A DNA stretch of 64,000 nucleotides, taken from assembly GCA_965248575.1 (NCBI GenBank), contig CBDFJQ010000002.1:640001-704000 (forward strand), read 5' to 3'. Below, in pieces: positions 28,327 through 39,736 of the stretch (its first letter is position 1; each line of letters opens with the position of its first letter). Made by a program: the position numbers and the translations under genes. Origin of the DNA: Planctomycetota bacterium (GTDB taxonomy: Bacteria > Planctomycetota > B15-G4). Below the pieces are notes generated by a model that was given only the letters and a program-made list of their open reading frames with translations, ran no database searches and was not told where the DNA came from.

Positions 28327-30315
28327 GTGTTCCCCGTGTCCGTCGAAGACAGTTCCACGCCCGATTTCAAATCTCTGGGTCTCTCCGAGGAAGTGCTCGC
28401 CACCTTGAGCAAGGTGGGCTACGAGGCGCCCTCGCCGATCCAGGCCAGGACGATCCCGCCGCTCCTGGCTGGGCGCGATGTGATCGGGCAAGCCCAGACC
28501 GGCACTGGCAAGACGGGAGCCTTCGCGCTTCCAATCATCGATCGGCTGGACCTCAAGATCCGCGTGCCCGGGACGCCCCAGGCGCTGGTGCTGGCACCAA
28601 CTCGTGAATTGGCGATCCAGGTGGCCGAGGCCTTCCAACGCTACGCCTCCGGTTCGCCGGGCTTTCATGTGCTGCCCATCTACGGCGGCCAGCCCTACCC
28701 GGCCCAAGTGAGGCCGTTGCAGCGCGGCGTGCACGTGGTGGTGGGCACGCCGGGTCGCGTCATGGATCACATCCGGCGTGGCACGCTCAAGCTGGGCAGT
28801 CTCAAGGCGCTCGTGCTCGACGAAGCCGACGAGATGCTTGCCATGGGGTTCATCGACGACGTCACCTGGATCCTGGAGCAGACGCCACCCGAGCGGCAGA
28901 TCGCGTTGTTCTCCGCCACGATGCCGCCCGCCATCCGCCGTATCACCCGCGAGCACCTCAAGGATCCGGAGGAGATCTCCATCGAGGTGACGGCGCGAGC
29001 GGCGACGACGATCAACCAGCGCTACTTGCACATCTCCCACTTCCACAAGCTGGACGCCCTGACGCGCCTGCTGGAAGTGGAGCCCGTCGAGGGCATGCTG
29101 ATCTTCGTGCGGACCAAGACGGCCACGGTCGAGTTGGCCGAGAAGCTCGAAGCCCGGGGCTACGCCACGGCCGCCTTGAACGGTGACATGGCCCAGCCCC
29201 TGCGCGAGCGGACCGTTGCGCGCTTCAAGGAGGGCAAGCTGGACCTGCTGGTGGCCACGGACGTGGCTGCTCGCGGGTTGGATGTGGAGCGCATTTCGCA
29301 TGTGCTCAACTACGACATCCCGAACGATGCCGGGGTCTACATCCACCGCATCGGCCGCACGGGGCGCGCGGGCCGGACGGGCGAAGCCATCCTCTTCGTG
29401 ACGCCTCGCGAACGACGCATGTTCCACTCCATCGAGCGAACCGTCGGGAAGCCGATGGAGATGATCACGGCGCCGTCCACGGATGAGGTGAACAAGCGCC
29501 GCATTCAGCGCTTCAAGGACCGCATCACCGAGGCGCGAGAGGGGCGACAACTTGCCTTCTTCGAGCAACTGCTCGAGGAGTACATCGAGGAGACCGGGGC
29601 TACGGCCCTGTCCGCAGCGGCGGCCCTGGCCCAGATCGTCCAAGGCACGCAGCCACTGTTGCTGGCCGAGCCGCCCAAGAAGAAGCACAAGCCGGTTGAG
29701 CGACGGGATGGCCAGGCTTACGGAGCCGGTGGGCGTTCGGACAGCCGTCCTGCGCGGCCTGCGCGGCCTAGCCCTTCGGATGCACGCGGGGCCAGCGGCG
29801 CTCCCCACGAGGCGGGCCCGCGGCGCCCCGACAACACCATGCGACCGGGGATGCAGCGCTTCCGGATCGAGGTGGGGCACGAACACGGCGTCAAGCCGGG
29901 CCAGATCATGGGCGCCCTGACGAATGAAGCTGGGCTCGAGGGCCAGCACATCGGGCGCATCGACATCCGCACGAACTTCAGCTTGGTGGACCTGCCGGAA
30001 GGCATGCCGCCCGAGATCTTCAAGGCGCTCCGCAAGACGCGCCTTTGCCGCCAGAACCTGAACATCTCCCGGGACCGCTCCGAAGGCTCCGGTGGGCCTG
30101 GCTACAAAGGCAAAGGCAAGGGCACGCTGAAGTCCAAGCCCATGAAGATGGGCAAGGGCAGCCAGGCCGGTTCACCCAGCTCAGCAAGCTCATCCAGCTC
30201 AGCGGGTTCATCCAGCGCCGGAAGTGCCAAGCCCACGGGCAAGCCGCACAAGAAGCGGGTTCACAATTCGGGGCCGCCCGGCGGCATGAAGCCACCGCGC
30301 AGCCCGCAGAGCTAG
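28327..30315 (+). CDS. deaD: DEAD-box RNA helicase DeaD/CsdA with DbpA RNA-binding domain
   Basis: Q motif, AQTGTGKT, PTRELA, DEAD, SAT, HRIGRTGRAG; C-terminal RFRIEVGHEHGVKPGQIMGAL domain. Confidence 0.92.
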   Translation: MFPVSVEDSSTPDFKSLGLSEEVLATLSKVGYEAPSPIQARTIPPLLAGRDVIGQAQTGTGKTGAFALPIIDRLDLKIRVPGTPQALVLAPTRELAIQVAEAFQRYASGSPGFHVLPIYGGQPYPAQVRPLQRGVHVVVGTPGRVMDHIRRGTLKLGSLKALVLDEADEMLAMGFIDDVTWILEQTPPERQIALFSATMPPAIRRITREHLKDPEEISIEVTARAATTINQRYLHISHFHKLDALTRLLEVEPVEGMLIFVRTKTATVELAEKLEARGYATAALNGDMAQPLRERTVARFKEGKLDLLVATDVAARGLDVERISHVLNYDIPNDAGVYIHRIGRTGRAGRTGEAILFVTPRERRMFHSIERTVGKPMEMITAPSTDEVNKRRIQRFKDRITEAREGRQLAFFEQLLEEYIEETGATALSAAAALAQIVQGTQPLLLAEPPKKKHKPVERRDGQAYGAGGRSDSRPARPARPSPSDARGASGAPHEAGPRRPDNTMRPGMQRFRIEVGHEHGVKPGQIMGALTNEAGLEGQHIGRIDIRTNFSLVDLPEGMPPEIFKALRKTRLCRQNLNISRDRSEGSGGPGYKGKGKGTLKSKPMKMGKGSQAGSPSSASSSSSAGSSSAGSAKPTGKPHKKRVHNSGPPGGMKPPRSPQS

Positions 30316-30354
30316 GTCAGGGCGTCGGTCGCCCGGCCATCGGCCGCATGCGGC

Positions 30355-30837
30355 TCAGTGGTCGTGTCCGCCCTCGCCGTGCACATGCCCGTGCTCGAGT
30401 TCCTCGGCGGTGGCATCACGCACTTCGACGATCTTCACCTTGAAGTTGAGCGGCACGCCAGCGAGGGGGTGGTTGGCGTCCAACTGGACCTCATCATCAT
30501 CGAGGGCCACAACGGTGAGCACGTGCACGCCCTCTTCGCTCTCGGCCTGCAGCTGCATCCCGACTTCGATCTCCACGCCCTCAGGCATCTGGTCCTTGGC
30601 GACGGACTGGACCATCTCGTCGTCCCGCTCACCGTAGCCGTCGGCGGGGGCGATATGCACGTCCAGCTCATCCCCCTCGGTCTTGCCTTCGAGTTCCTTC
30701 TCGAGGCCCGGGATCAGGTTGCCGATGCCATGGATGTAGGCAAGGGGGGTGCCGTCCTCGGACGTGTCGATGACAGTGCCGTCGTCGTCGGTGAGGGTGT
30801 ACTCGAAGGAGGCAACAGCGTTCTTGGTGATGTTCAC
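30355..30837 (-). CDS. slyD: FKBP-type peptidyl-prolyl isomerase SlyD
   Basis: YTLTDDDG..IDTS, NLIPGLE, DANHPLAG, C-terminal HGHVHGEGGHDH; GTG start with AGGA SD. Confidence 0.93.
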   Translation of the reverse strand: MNITKNAVASFEYTLTDDDGTVIDTSEDGTPLAYIHGIGNLIPGLEKELEGKTEGDELDVHIAPADGYGERDDEMVQSVAKDQMPEGVEIEVGMQLQAESEEGVHVLTVVALDDDEVQLDANHPLAGVPLNFKVKIVEVRDATAEELEHGHVHGEGGHDH

Positions 30838-31028
30838 GGAGTCTTCCTGGCTCTTGGGTCGATGGAATGTGTGGGGCGTCTGCCCTTCAGCCATGAGGCT
30901 CCCCTGCCAACACGGCCCGGGGGCTCTCAGCGCCGGGCGGTCAGTATCCAGAGTGCTTCGCCGAATGCCAGTCCGCGCTGGCCCCATGGCCCAGGGAGAC
31001 GTCTCAGGATGCGGGCAATGAGCTCCGC

Positions 31029-32585
<1,557 letters not shown>

Positions 32586-32740
32586 CTGGAAATTGCGGGC
32601 TCTGGAGAAATCGGGGGGCGGCGCAGGGTAGCGACGCCGCCGCACGCTTCAACGAGATTCGGAAAGACCCATTCCTGGAAGTCTCATGATCAGATGCCTC
32701 CTGAGCCGAAAGGGGCGACGCGCACTCCCGTACCCGAGGC

Positions 32741-33217
32741 ATGAGGAACGGCTGGATGTCAGACGGAACCAATCCAAAGCAGGCAGGCTTCACCCTGATC
32801 GAACTCCTGATCGTGGTGATCATTCTCGGAATCCTGGCTGCCGTGGCGATTCCCCAGTTCGACACCGCCACGGTCGAGGCTCGCGAGGCGAACGTCCTCA
32901 GCAACCTAGCGTCGATCCGCCAAGCCATCGAGGTGTACTCCGTGCAGCATGACGGGTCCTACCCCACGACGGCGATCGTGGCTCAGCTCACGGGGACCAC
33001 CGCAAAGTCGGGCGGCACGGGCTCGACCTTCGGCCCCTACATCCGTAGGGACTTCCCCATGAACCCGCTCAAGGATCGCAACGACATCCAGGTGTTGAAC
33101 ACGATGGTGTCGACGCCCAGTGGGCTGCAGGGTTGGCGCTATGCGCAGGAGACGGGCGAGATCCGCCTGAACTCCGCGGGCACCGGTCCTTCGGGAGTGG
33201 CCTACTACGACATGTGA
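32741..33217 (+). CDS. Prepilin-type N-terminal cleavage/methylation protein (GspG/pilin-like)
   Basis: KQAG-FTLIELLIVVIILGILAAVAIP class III signal with E5. Confidence 0.9.
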   Translation: MRNGWMSDGTNPKQAGFTLIELLIVVIILGILAAVAIPQFDTATVEAREANVLSNLASIRQAIEVYSVQHDGSYPTTAIVAQLTGTTAKSGGTGSTFGPYIRRDFPMNPLKDRNDIQVLNTMVSTPSGLQGWRYAQETGEIRLNSAGTGPSGVAYYDM

Positions 33218-33252
33218 GCCGGGCTCGGCGCCGACGGCGCCTGGCCAGGGCT

Positions 33253-33522
33253 CTAGCTGTCGCGAGGTGTCTCACCGGGGTCGGCGGCATCTTCACTGGC
33301 CGGCGGGTTTCCTGAATCGTCGGGGCTCGCCCCGGGTGATTCGTGGGATGCCTCGGGGGCATCAGCGGGCGGCTGTCCGTCGTGAGCTGCGGGGGCTGCA
33401 CCCTCGGTGGCACCGGACTTCTCGGCCCGGCGGGCTTGCTTGCTCTCTTCCCGTTGCTTGCGCTTCTCGGCCTTGCGCTTCTCGCGCTGGAACTTCTCGT
33501 ACGTGTAGGTCGTGCGGGCCAT
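33253..33522 (-). CDS. Small basic protein downstream of csp (MARTTYTYEKFQREKRKAEK...)
   Basis: GGAGG-free but in-frame ATG at 33522; Lys/Arg/Glu-rich helix then an acidic/Pro-rich tail; resembles the ORF at 43858-44034. Confidence 0.6.
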   Translation of the reverse strand: MARTTYTYEKFQREKRKAEKRKQREESKQARRAEKSGATEGAAPAAHDGQPPADAPEASHESPGASPDDSGNPPASEDAADPGETPRDS

Positions 33523-33546
33523 GGGGATTCCGAGGAGGCGGGGCGG

Positions 33547-33587
33547 AAATACAAGCGGGGCCACCTCGAGTCCGAGGTGACCCCGCT
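33547..33587 (-). terminator. Intrinsic terminator after csp
   Basis: Minus-strand stem GCGGGGTCACCTCG/CGAGGTGGCCCCGC with a 4-nt loop, followed by TTGTATTT. Confidence 0.75.
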
Positions 33588-33603
33588 GAGTCAGCGAAGC
33601 CGA

Positions 33604-33810
33604 CTACGAACGGACGACGTTCTCTGCCGCCGGGCCCTTAGCGCCCTGGACGATGTCGAATTCGACGCGCTCGCCCTCGTTCAAGGTCTTGAACCCGTCA
33701 CCCTGGATTGCCGAGTGGTGGACGAAGCAATCCTTGCTGTTGTCCTCGGGGGTGATGAATCCAAAGCCCTTGGTTTCGTTGAACCACTTTACGGTACCGG
33801 TACTGCGCAT
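33604..33810 (-). CDS. csp: Cold-shock protein (CspA family)
   Basis: [15 protein letters not shown] (RNP1), CFVHHSAI (RNP2), KGPAAENV. Confidence 0.97.
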   Translation of the reverse strand: MRSTGTVKWFNETKGFGFITPEDNSKDCFVHHSAIQGDGFKTLNEGERVEFDIVQGAKGPAAENVVRS

Positions 33811-34386
33811 TTGCTGATTCCTAGACTAAGTGACCCACGTCTAAAGACTGACGTGGCGGTCACGGGATCCGCGGAAAACCCTCCGCGGAGGTTGCCCTGC
33901 CGACCACTGCAAACACACAGCAACCGGTACGGGCGTCACACCTGGGCGAAGCGAGAGGCTCATAGTGAGAGTCTTCCGATGCCCGTGCTGGTGCGATGGA
34001 GGGGCGACTCTGCCCCTCCCCCAAGGCAGCAACAGTGCCGGGACACGCTCGGCATGTCAATGCTCTGCTAGGGGGTCCTTGGGCCGAACGCAGGGAAAGG
34101 GGCCCAGGCGGTGGCGGTCGGGGGCCCCGCATGGGGCGCCGACCGGGGCTGGAGGGCCCCTTGCCGCCAGGGCAAATCGTGAGCTAAAGGCCTCGGTTCG
34201 CTAGCCTGCCGGGCAGACGGCCACCCAGCAACAGCATGGGAGCCTCACTTGATCGGTGCCTGAGCGCATCCTGGGCTGTCTGTGGACTGTCACTTCAAAC
34301 CTCGCAGTCACTGCTTGCCTCTGCCGCATCCACGGAAAGAGAGACCCATCAACAAGCCTCGTCCCAAGTCCACCGCCGAGCGATCC

Positions 34387-35670
34387 TTGAGTTCGTTCGG
34401 CTTCTGCAAAAATGTCCTGTCTGCCATCGAGGCCGCTGGCTACGAGGCAGCTCGCCCGATTCAGGCAGAGGTGATCCCCAAGGTCATGAAGGGGCGAGAC
34501 GTCCTGGGACTGGCCCAGACCGGGACCGGCAAGACGGCCGCCTTCGTGCTGCCCATGATCGAGAAGCTCCTGGCCGGCAGCGGTGGCACGCCACGCGGAC
34601 TGATCCTGGCGCCGACTCGAGAACTGGCCACCCAGATCAGCAAGGAGATCGACAAGCTGGGCCGCTTCACCAGCGTGCGCTCCACGACGCTCTACGGCGG
34701 CGTGAGCGCGGCTCCCCAGATCCGATCCATGAAGGAACTGCCCGACATCGTGGTGGCCTGCCCTGGTCGCTTGCTCGACCTGGAAGGCAGCGGCCATGTG
34801 CGCATCGATGGGGTGAGCATGCTCGTCCTGGACGAGGCGGATCAGATGCTGGACATGGGCTTCTTGCCGGACATCGAGCGCATCCTCGCGCGATTGCCAC
34901 CACAGCGGCAGAACCTGCTCTTCTCCGCAACGATGCCCGGGCCGATCCGGGAGCTGGTGGGGACGTTGCTCAAGAACCCCCACGTCGTCGAGCTCGAGCA
35001 CGCCGCTCCGCTCGAGACGATCGAGCACGCCCTCTACCCGGTGGAGGCCCGCAACAAGACGGACCTGCTCCGGCACCTGATGAGCGCCAAGGGCTTCCGC
35101 TCGGCGATCGTTTTCCTGCGCACCAAGGAGCGCGCGGAGCAGGTGGCCAATGACCTGGGTCGCTCCGGGCATTCTGCGGTCGGGCTGCACGGCAACATGA
35201 CCCAAAGCCAGCGGCAGCGGGCGATGCAGGGATTCCGGAAGGGGCACTACAAGGTGTTGGTGGCCACGGATATCGCGTCGCGAGGCATCGACGTGGAGGG
35301 GGTCAGCCATGTGGTGAACTACGACATCCCCAACACGCCGAACGCGTACACCCACCGGATCGGGCGCACGGGGCGGGCCGAGCACCTGGGCAAGGCGTAC
35401 ACCTTCGTGACGCATGAGGACTTCCCAGCCATCAAGGCCATCGAACGCAAACTGCAGATGCACATTCCCCGCATCAAGCTGAAGGAGTACCCCAAGACGG
35501 GGCCGGCGCGCCCGGCGGGGCGCCCCGGTGCCGGCCCGCGCAAGGGTGGCAAGGGACGCTTCAAGGCTGGGTCGAAGCGCGGGGCCAGCGCTGGCTCACG
35601 GGGCCCGGGCGGCGGCAAACGCGGCGGGCCCGGCGCGGGTAAGGGCGGCGCTGGCCGTCGCCGTAGCTGA
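34387..35670 (+). CDS. DEAD-box RNA helicase, RhlE-like
   Basis: AQTGTGKT, PTRELA, DEAD, SAT, HRIGRTGRA; Gly/Arg/Lys-rich tail; start uncertain (GTG 34282, ATC 34348 or TTG 34387). Confidence 0.9.
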   Translation: MSSFGFCKNVLSAIEAAGYEAARPIQAEVIPKVMKGRDVLGLAQTGTGKTAAFVLPMIEKLLAGSGGTPRGLILAPTRELATQISKEIDKLGRFTSVRSTTLYGGVSAAPQIRSMKELPDIVVACPGRLLDLEGSGHVRIDGVSMLVLDEADQMLDMGFLPDIERILARLPPQRQNLLFSATMPGPIRELVGTLLKNPHVVELEHAAPLETIEHALYPVEARNKTDLLRHLMSAKGFRSAIVFLRTKERAEQVANDLGRSGHSAVGLHGNMTQSQRQRAMQGFRKGHYKVLVATDIASRGIDVEGVSHVVNYDIPNTPNAYTHRIGRTGRAEHLGKAYTFVTHEDFPAIKAIERKLQMHIPRIKLKEYPKTGPARPAGRPGAGPRKGGKGRFKAGSKRGASAGSRGPGGGKRGGPGAGKGGAGRRRS

Positions 35671-35806
35671 CAGGCGCCTTCGTCATGTTTCTACGAACAC
35701 CCACGGGCCGTGCGCTGCGTACGATGCCCTCCTCCTAGGGCTTCGCTGCAGGCTGCACGCGGCCCCTCCGTCTCCGCACTGCTTCGTCATCCCGGATCCC
35801 TTCTTC

Positions 35807-36832
35807 ATGAACACCGTAACCCTGAGCCTGACGCTTGCCTTGTTGAGCTTCTCCTGTGGTCTGACGACCGCGGCCACCGCCGAGCACCTGTCCTCGACGA
35901 CCGTGGCTGCTGTGTCGGTCGACGAGCCGACCCAGCGAGCGGTCTTCGTGACGGGGGCGAGCACCGGCATCGGTCGGGCGACCGCCGAGCACCTGGCGGC
36001 GATGGGCTTCTACGTCTACGCCGGGGCGCGCAAGCAACGGGACCTCGCTGAGTTGAGCGCCCTCGACAACATCGAGGGGGTGCGCCTGGACGTCACGAGC
36101 CAAGCCGAGATCGACGCGGCCGTGGAGCACGTCAGCGCGTCAGGTCGCGGCCTCTATGGTCTGATCAACAACGCGGGCGTCGCCGTGGTGGCGCCGCTGA
36201 TCGAGGTTTCCGAGCAGGACTTTGACTTCCAACTGGACGTCAACGTGTATGGCCCGTACCGCGTGACCAAGGCCTTCGCCCCCTTGATCATCGAAAGCAA
36301 GGGACGCATCAGCACCACGGGTTCCATCTCCGGTGTCCTGCCCTGGGCCATGGGAGGTGTGTATGCCATGAGCAAGCACGCCATGGAGGCCTACACGGAT
36401 GTCCTGGCGCAGGAGCTGCAGCCCTTCGGCGTGACGGTCAGCATCGTGGAGCCGGGCAACTACAACTCCAAGATCGGCGAGAGCAGGCGAAAGCGCCTGC
36501 AGGAGAGCGGCTACAGCTCCGAAGGTTCGCTGTACAAGGAGCAGATGGATCGACTGATGACTGACATGTCGGATCGCTCCGAGGAGAAGGACCCGCAGGA
36601 AGTGGCCGAGGCATTCTACGCGGCCATGACCGACGAGAACCCCAAGCTCCACTACATGGTCGTTCCCGATGCCGAGGAAGCCGCCTGGACCATCGGCGCC
36701 ATCGTGCGGCGTCTTGTCCAGTTCAACGAGCGGCAGCCCTACACCTACGACCGGGATGAACTCATCGCCCTCTTGGACGAGGCCCTGGCTCAGGCTGCGG
36801 GAACTGCTGAGTCGCCTGCGAAGGACGGTTAG
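35807..36832 (+). CDS. SDR family oxidoreductase with N-terminal signal-like segment
   Basis: TGASTGIG, NNAG, YAMSK, VEPG; hydrophobic leader from ATG 35807. Confidence 0.9.
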   Translation: MNTVTLSLTLALLSFSCGLTTAATAEHLSSTTVAAVSVDEPTQRAVFVTGASTGIGRATAEHLAAMGFYVYAGARKQRDLAELSALDNIEGVRLDVTSQAEIDAAVEHVSASGRGLYGLINNAGVAVVAPLIEVSEQDFDFQLDVNVYGPYRVTKAFAPLIIESKGRISTTGSISGVLPWAMGGVYAMSKHAMEAYTDVLAQELQPFGVTVSIVEPGNYNSKIGESRRKRLQESGYSSEGSLYKEQMDRLMTDMSDRSEEKDPQEVAEAFYAAMTDENPKLHYMVVPDAEEAAWTIGAIVRRLVQFNERQPYTYDRDELIALLDEALAQAAGTAESPAKDG

Positions 36833-36868
36833 GCCCCAGTCGGGATTCCACGCCGTGCACCGTTGTGT

Positions 36869-37036
36869 CTAGAACAGGGTGTAGAGGAATGGCGCGATCA
36901 TCGGGTACATCGCGCCAAGCGCGACGATCAGCCCGGCCAGCACAAGCACCACGAGCAGCACGAAGTGCTGGCGGTTCTCCCCACGCGAGCCTTCCTGCAG
37001 CAGTTGCTTGACCGTCTCGAGGCGTTCCTTGAGCAT
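36869..37036 (-). CDS. Small membrane protein, SxtK/DUF5989-like (55 aa; absent from the ORF track)
   Basis: Hand translation MLKERLETVKQLLQEGSRGENRQHFVLLVVLVLAGLIVALGAMYPMIAPFLYTLF*; GAAAGGA SD; C-terminal APFxYTLF signature; directly after the carbamoyltransferase. Confidence 0.85.
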   Translation of the reverse strand: MLKERLETVKQLLQEGSRGENRQHFVLLVVLVLAGLIVALGAMYPMIAPFLYTLF

Positions 37037-37045
37037 CCTGTCCTT

Positions 37046-38821
37046 TCAGTCGGCGGGGGCGCGGCCGCCCTGAGCAAACCCAAGGTAGGGGTTGATGGCC
37101 AAAGCGTCGAGTCGGCAGCGCTGCGCGCTCGCATAGGCGTCTTCCACGCTGTTGACGATGGGTTCGCCCGCGTGGTTGAAGCTCGTGTTGACGAGCGCTG
37201 GGAGACCGCTTCGCGCTTCGAACAGCGTGAGTACCCGGTGTAGAAGCGGGGCATCCTCGGGATGCAGGATCTGGACGCGTGCCGTCCCGTTGACGTGGGT
37301 GACGGCTGACAGGCGTGTCCGCCACGCCTCCCTGACATTCACGACCGACAGCATGTGGCGCTCGAGCCCCTGGCCCGGGCTGAAGCCTTCGAAGAGCTCG
37401 TCCGCCCGATGGGCGAGGACGACGGGAGCGAAGGGCCGGAAGTCCTCGCGGTTCTTTACGAGGCGGTTGAGGCGGGCTTGTTGCTGGGGATGGTCGGGGC
37501 GCGCCAGGATCGAACGAGCACCGAGGGCTCGCGGACCCCACTCTGCACGTCCGTCCACCCACCCCACGACCTTGTTGTCGCTGAGGGCCTGTGCGACCTG
37601 GCTGCAGAACTCCTCCTCGCTCAGGCTGGGTGAGAACTCGAAGTGCGACGTCGCACCGTTCTTGAGCGGCACGAGCGGCACCTGGTCCCGGACGTCGAGG
37701 CCCAGCAGCGGTGTCGTCAGGGGGCGATTGCGCGGCTCGCCGTGGGTGGCCGCATAACACAGGGCCGCACCGACGGCGCCGCCCGCATCGCCCGATGCAG
37801 GGTGCATGAGCAATCGGTCGAAGATGCCAGAACGCGCCAGGTGCCCGTTGGCCACCGCGTTGAGCGCAACGCCTCCGCCGTAGCAGAGCGTGCGCTCGCC
37901 CGTGAGCTCCTGTGCTCGCGTCGCGAGCCCATGCAGTTGTTCTTCGAGCACACGCTGCAGGGAGCAGGCGATGTCGGCGAGCCGTTGGGCCTCGGGGGTC
38001 CCGTCCATCACCACGGGCTTGTGGGGTGGGTGGGGCGGCCCAAGCAGCTGCTCCAGGTGGGCTGACCAGCCCTTGCGCACCGAGCGGTCATGGCTGAAGG
38101 CCTTCAGGTCGAGGCGGAAGCTCCCGCCCGTGCCGTCGCCCGGTCCGTGCAGGATGAGTCCACGCAGCGCCTCTGCGAAGCGCGGCTCTCCATAGGGCGC
38201 GAGCCCCATGACCTTGTACTCACCCTCGTTCACGGCGAAGCCGAGGAAGGCCGTGAGCGCCGAATAGAACAGGCCGAGGGAATGGGGGAAATCCGTGACC
38301 TCCAAGAGCTCGTATTCGAGCCCTGCGTTGCCGTGCCTCAGCCGGCCGATGCTGGTGCTGGCCCATTCGCCCACGCCGTCCACGACCAAGGTCGCCGCCG
38401 ACTCGACGTCGTGGGTCAAGAAGGCAGCGGCGGCGTGCGAGAGGTGGTGGTCGGCAAACGCGATCTTCCCGCGCGGAACGCCGAGGGCCCGGGCCAGGTC
38501 GGTCCGGATCCACAGCTTCGTTTCGAACCAACTGTGCAGGGCGGCACGAAAGGGTGCTGCGGCGAACGGCGCGTTGGCCACGGTCGAGGCGATGATCCTG
38601 AAGAACTTCTGGAACGGCTTCTCGTAGAACACCACAGCATCCAGATCGGCCGCTTCGAGTCCGGCCTGTTCGAGGCAGAACCGAAAGGCGCCGACGGGAA
38701 GGGACGGGTCGCCCTTGCGGCGGCTGAATCGCTCCTCTTGTGAGGCGGCCACGAGTTGGCCATCCACCACCAGGGCGGCCGCCGCATCATGAAACTGGGC
38801 CGAGATGCCGCAGATCTTCAT
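37046..38821 (-). CDS. O-carbamoyltransferase (NodU/CmcH/SxtI family)
   Basis: HDAAAAL, EERFSRRK, HHLSHA, VDGVGE, EYKVMGLAPYG, GGVALN, EWGPRALGARS, FRPFAP, NTSFN. Confidence 0.95.
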   Translation of the reverse strand: MKICGISAQFHDAAAALVVDGQLVAASQEERFSRRKGDPSLPVGAFRFCLEQAGLEAADLDAVVFYEKPFQKFFRIIASTVANAPFAAAPFRAALHSWFETKLWIRTDLARALGVPRGKIAFADHHLSHAAAAFLTHDVESAATLVVDGVGEWASTSIGRLRHGNAGLEYELLEVTDFPHSLGLFYSALTAFLGFAVNEGEYKVMGLAPYGEPRFAEALRGLILHGPGDGTGGSFRLDLKAFSHDRSVRKGWSAHLEQLLGPPHPPHKPVVMDGTPEAQRLADIACSLQRVLEEQLHGLATRAQELTGERTLCYGGGVALNAVANGHLARSGIFDRLLMHPASGDAGGAVGAALCYAATHGEPRNRPLTTPLLGLDVRDQVPLVPLKNGATSHFEFSPSLSEEEFCSQVAQALSDNKVVGWVDGRAEWGPRALGARSILARPDHPQQQARLNRLVKNREDFRPFAPVVLAHRADELFEGFSPGQGLERHMLSVVNVREAWRTRLSAVTHVNGTARVQILHPEDAPLLHRVLTLFEARSGLPALVNTSFNHAGEPIVNSVEDAYASAQRCRLDALAINPYLGFAQGGRAPAD

Positions 38822-38839
38822 GCGCGTTCCGCAGGCATC

Positions 38840-39613
38840 TCAGGAACGGGCCCAGAAGTCCTGGTCGAGGGGCATGCTGCCCGAACGTGGTACTGGCCGC
38901 AGTCGACCGCGACGTGTACCGCCGAGAAGACGCTTGAGCAGCGAATAGGGAGTGACCACCGCGTAGTACAGCAGGAAGGTGAAGATCCCCGAGCCCACGA
39001 TCTGAACCAACTTCAGCAGGTCGAGCAGGTCTTGGCGCAGGATGTAGCCGAGCACTCGGAAGAGCTGCTTCGTGCAAGGCCAGGGCGCCGCCTTGAACTC
39101 GCTCCAGGCCACGCGCATCGAGTAGCCCACGTGCCGGGTCTCATCCTCCAGAAGGAGCGGGATCTGCTTCCGGCAGCGCGCGTCGTACACGTTCACGTAT
39201 TGGTACAGCTTGAACATGAGCACCGCCCGGCTTTCGGAAAGGAAGATGTAGCTCATGTAGCTGAACAGAGTGGGTAGGCGGCGGTGTGGGGCGGCCTCCT
39301 CTTGCACCAGCGCTTTGACGCTCTCGCGGTCGAGTCGCGCTTGCTCGGAGGAGTCGGCGTAGTTGGCCGTGACGTAGGGAGAGACCTTGCGCGCCCAGTC
39401 CAGGAAGATGCCGTAGTGCCGAGCCTCGTCCGCTGCGTGTCGCAGCATCTCCTCGCGCAGTGGACTCTCCTGCTTGTTCGCCATGGCCTCGATGTCGAAG
39501 TGCGTGTACAGCTCGGTGTGGGCGAACTGCTGCAACTGACGTGAAAACCGGCTGGGCGACAGCACCACCCACGGGGAGATCAAACCGGCGATGCCTTCAC
39601 GGATGTAGATCAC
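38840..39613 (-). CDS. Ferritin-like (di-iron) protein with SxtJ-like C-terminal membrane segment
   Basis: E..DEARH and E..DETRH ligand pattern; C-terminal IFTFLLYYAVVTPYSLLKRLLG....FW. Confidence 0.65.
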   Translation of the reverse strand: MIYIREGIAGLISPWVVLSPSRFSRQLQQFAHTELYTHFDIEAMANKQESPLREEMLRHAADEARHYGIFLDWARKVSPYVTANYADSSEQARLDRESVKALVQEEAAPHRRLPTLFSYMSYIFLSESRAVLMFKLYQYVNVYDARCRKQIPLLLEDETRHVGYSMRVAWSEFKAAPWPCTKQLFRVLGYILRQDLLDLLKLVQIVGSGIFTFLLYYAVVTPYSLLKRLLGGTRRGRLRPVPRSGSMPLDQDFWARS

Positions 39614-39736
39614 CGGATGGCTGCCAGGTCGGGGAAAACTTGCGATCTCGAAGGTATGCCGGCTCGGGTCATCAGGTGCGCAAGGCTATCACGGGGTCTC
39701 GATGTGGGCGTCTGTCGCTGCCGGGCATGACGTAGG

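Noticed and set aside
32741..33217. Lone prepilin gene as a sign of a secretion system
   Set aside because: No other T2SS/T4P genes nearby; orphan prepilin-type genes are common
36869..39613. Saxitoxin biosynthesis cluster
   Set aside because: Only I/J/K-like components; no SxtA, amidinotransferase or other core genes
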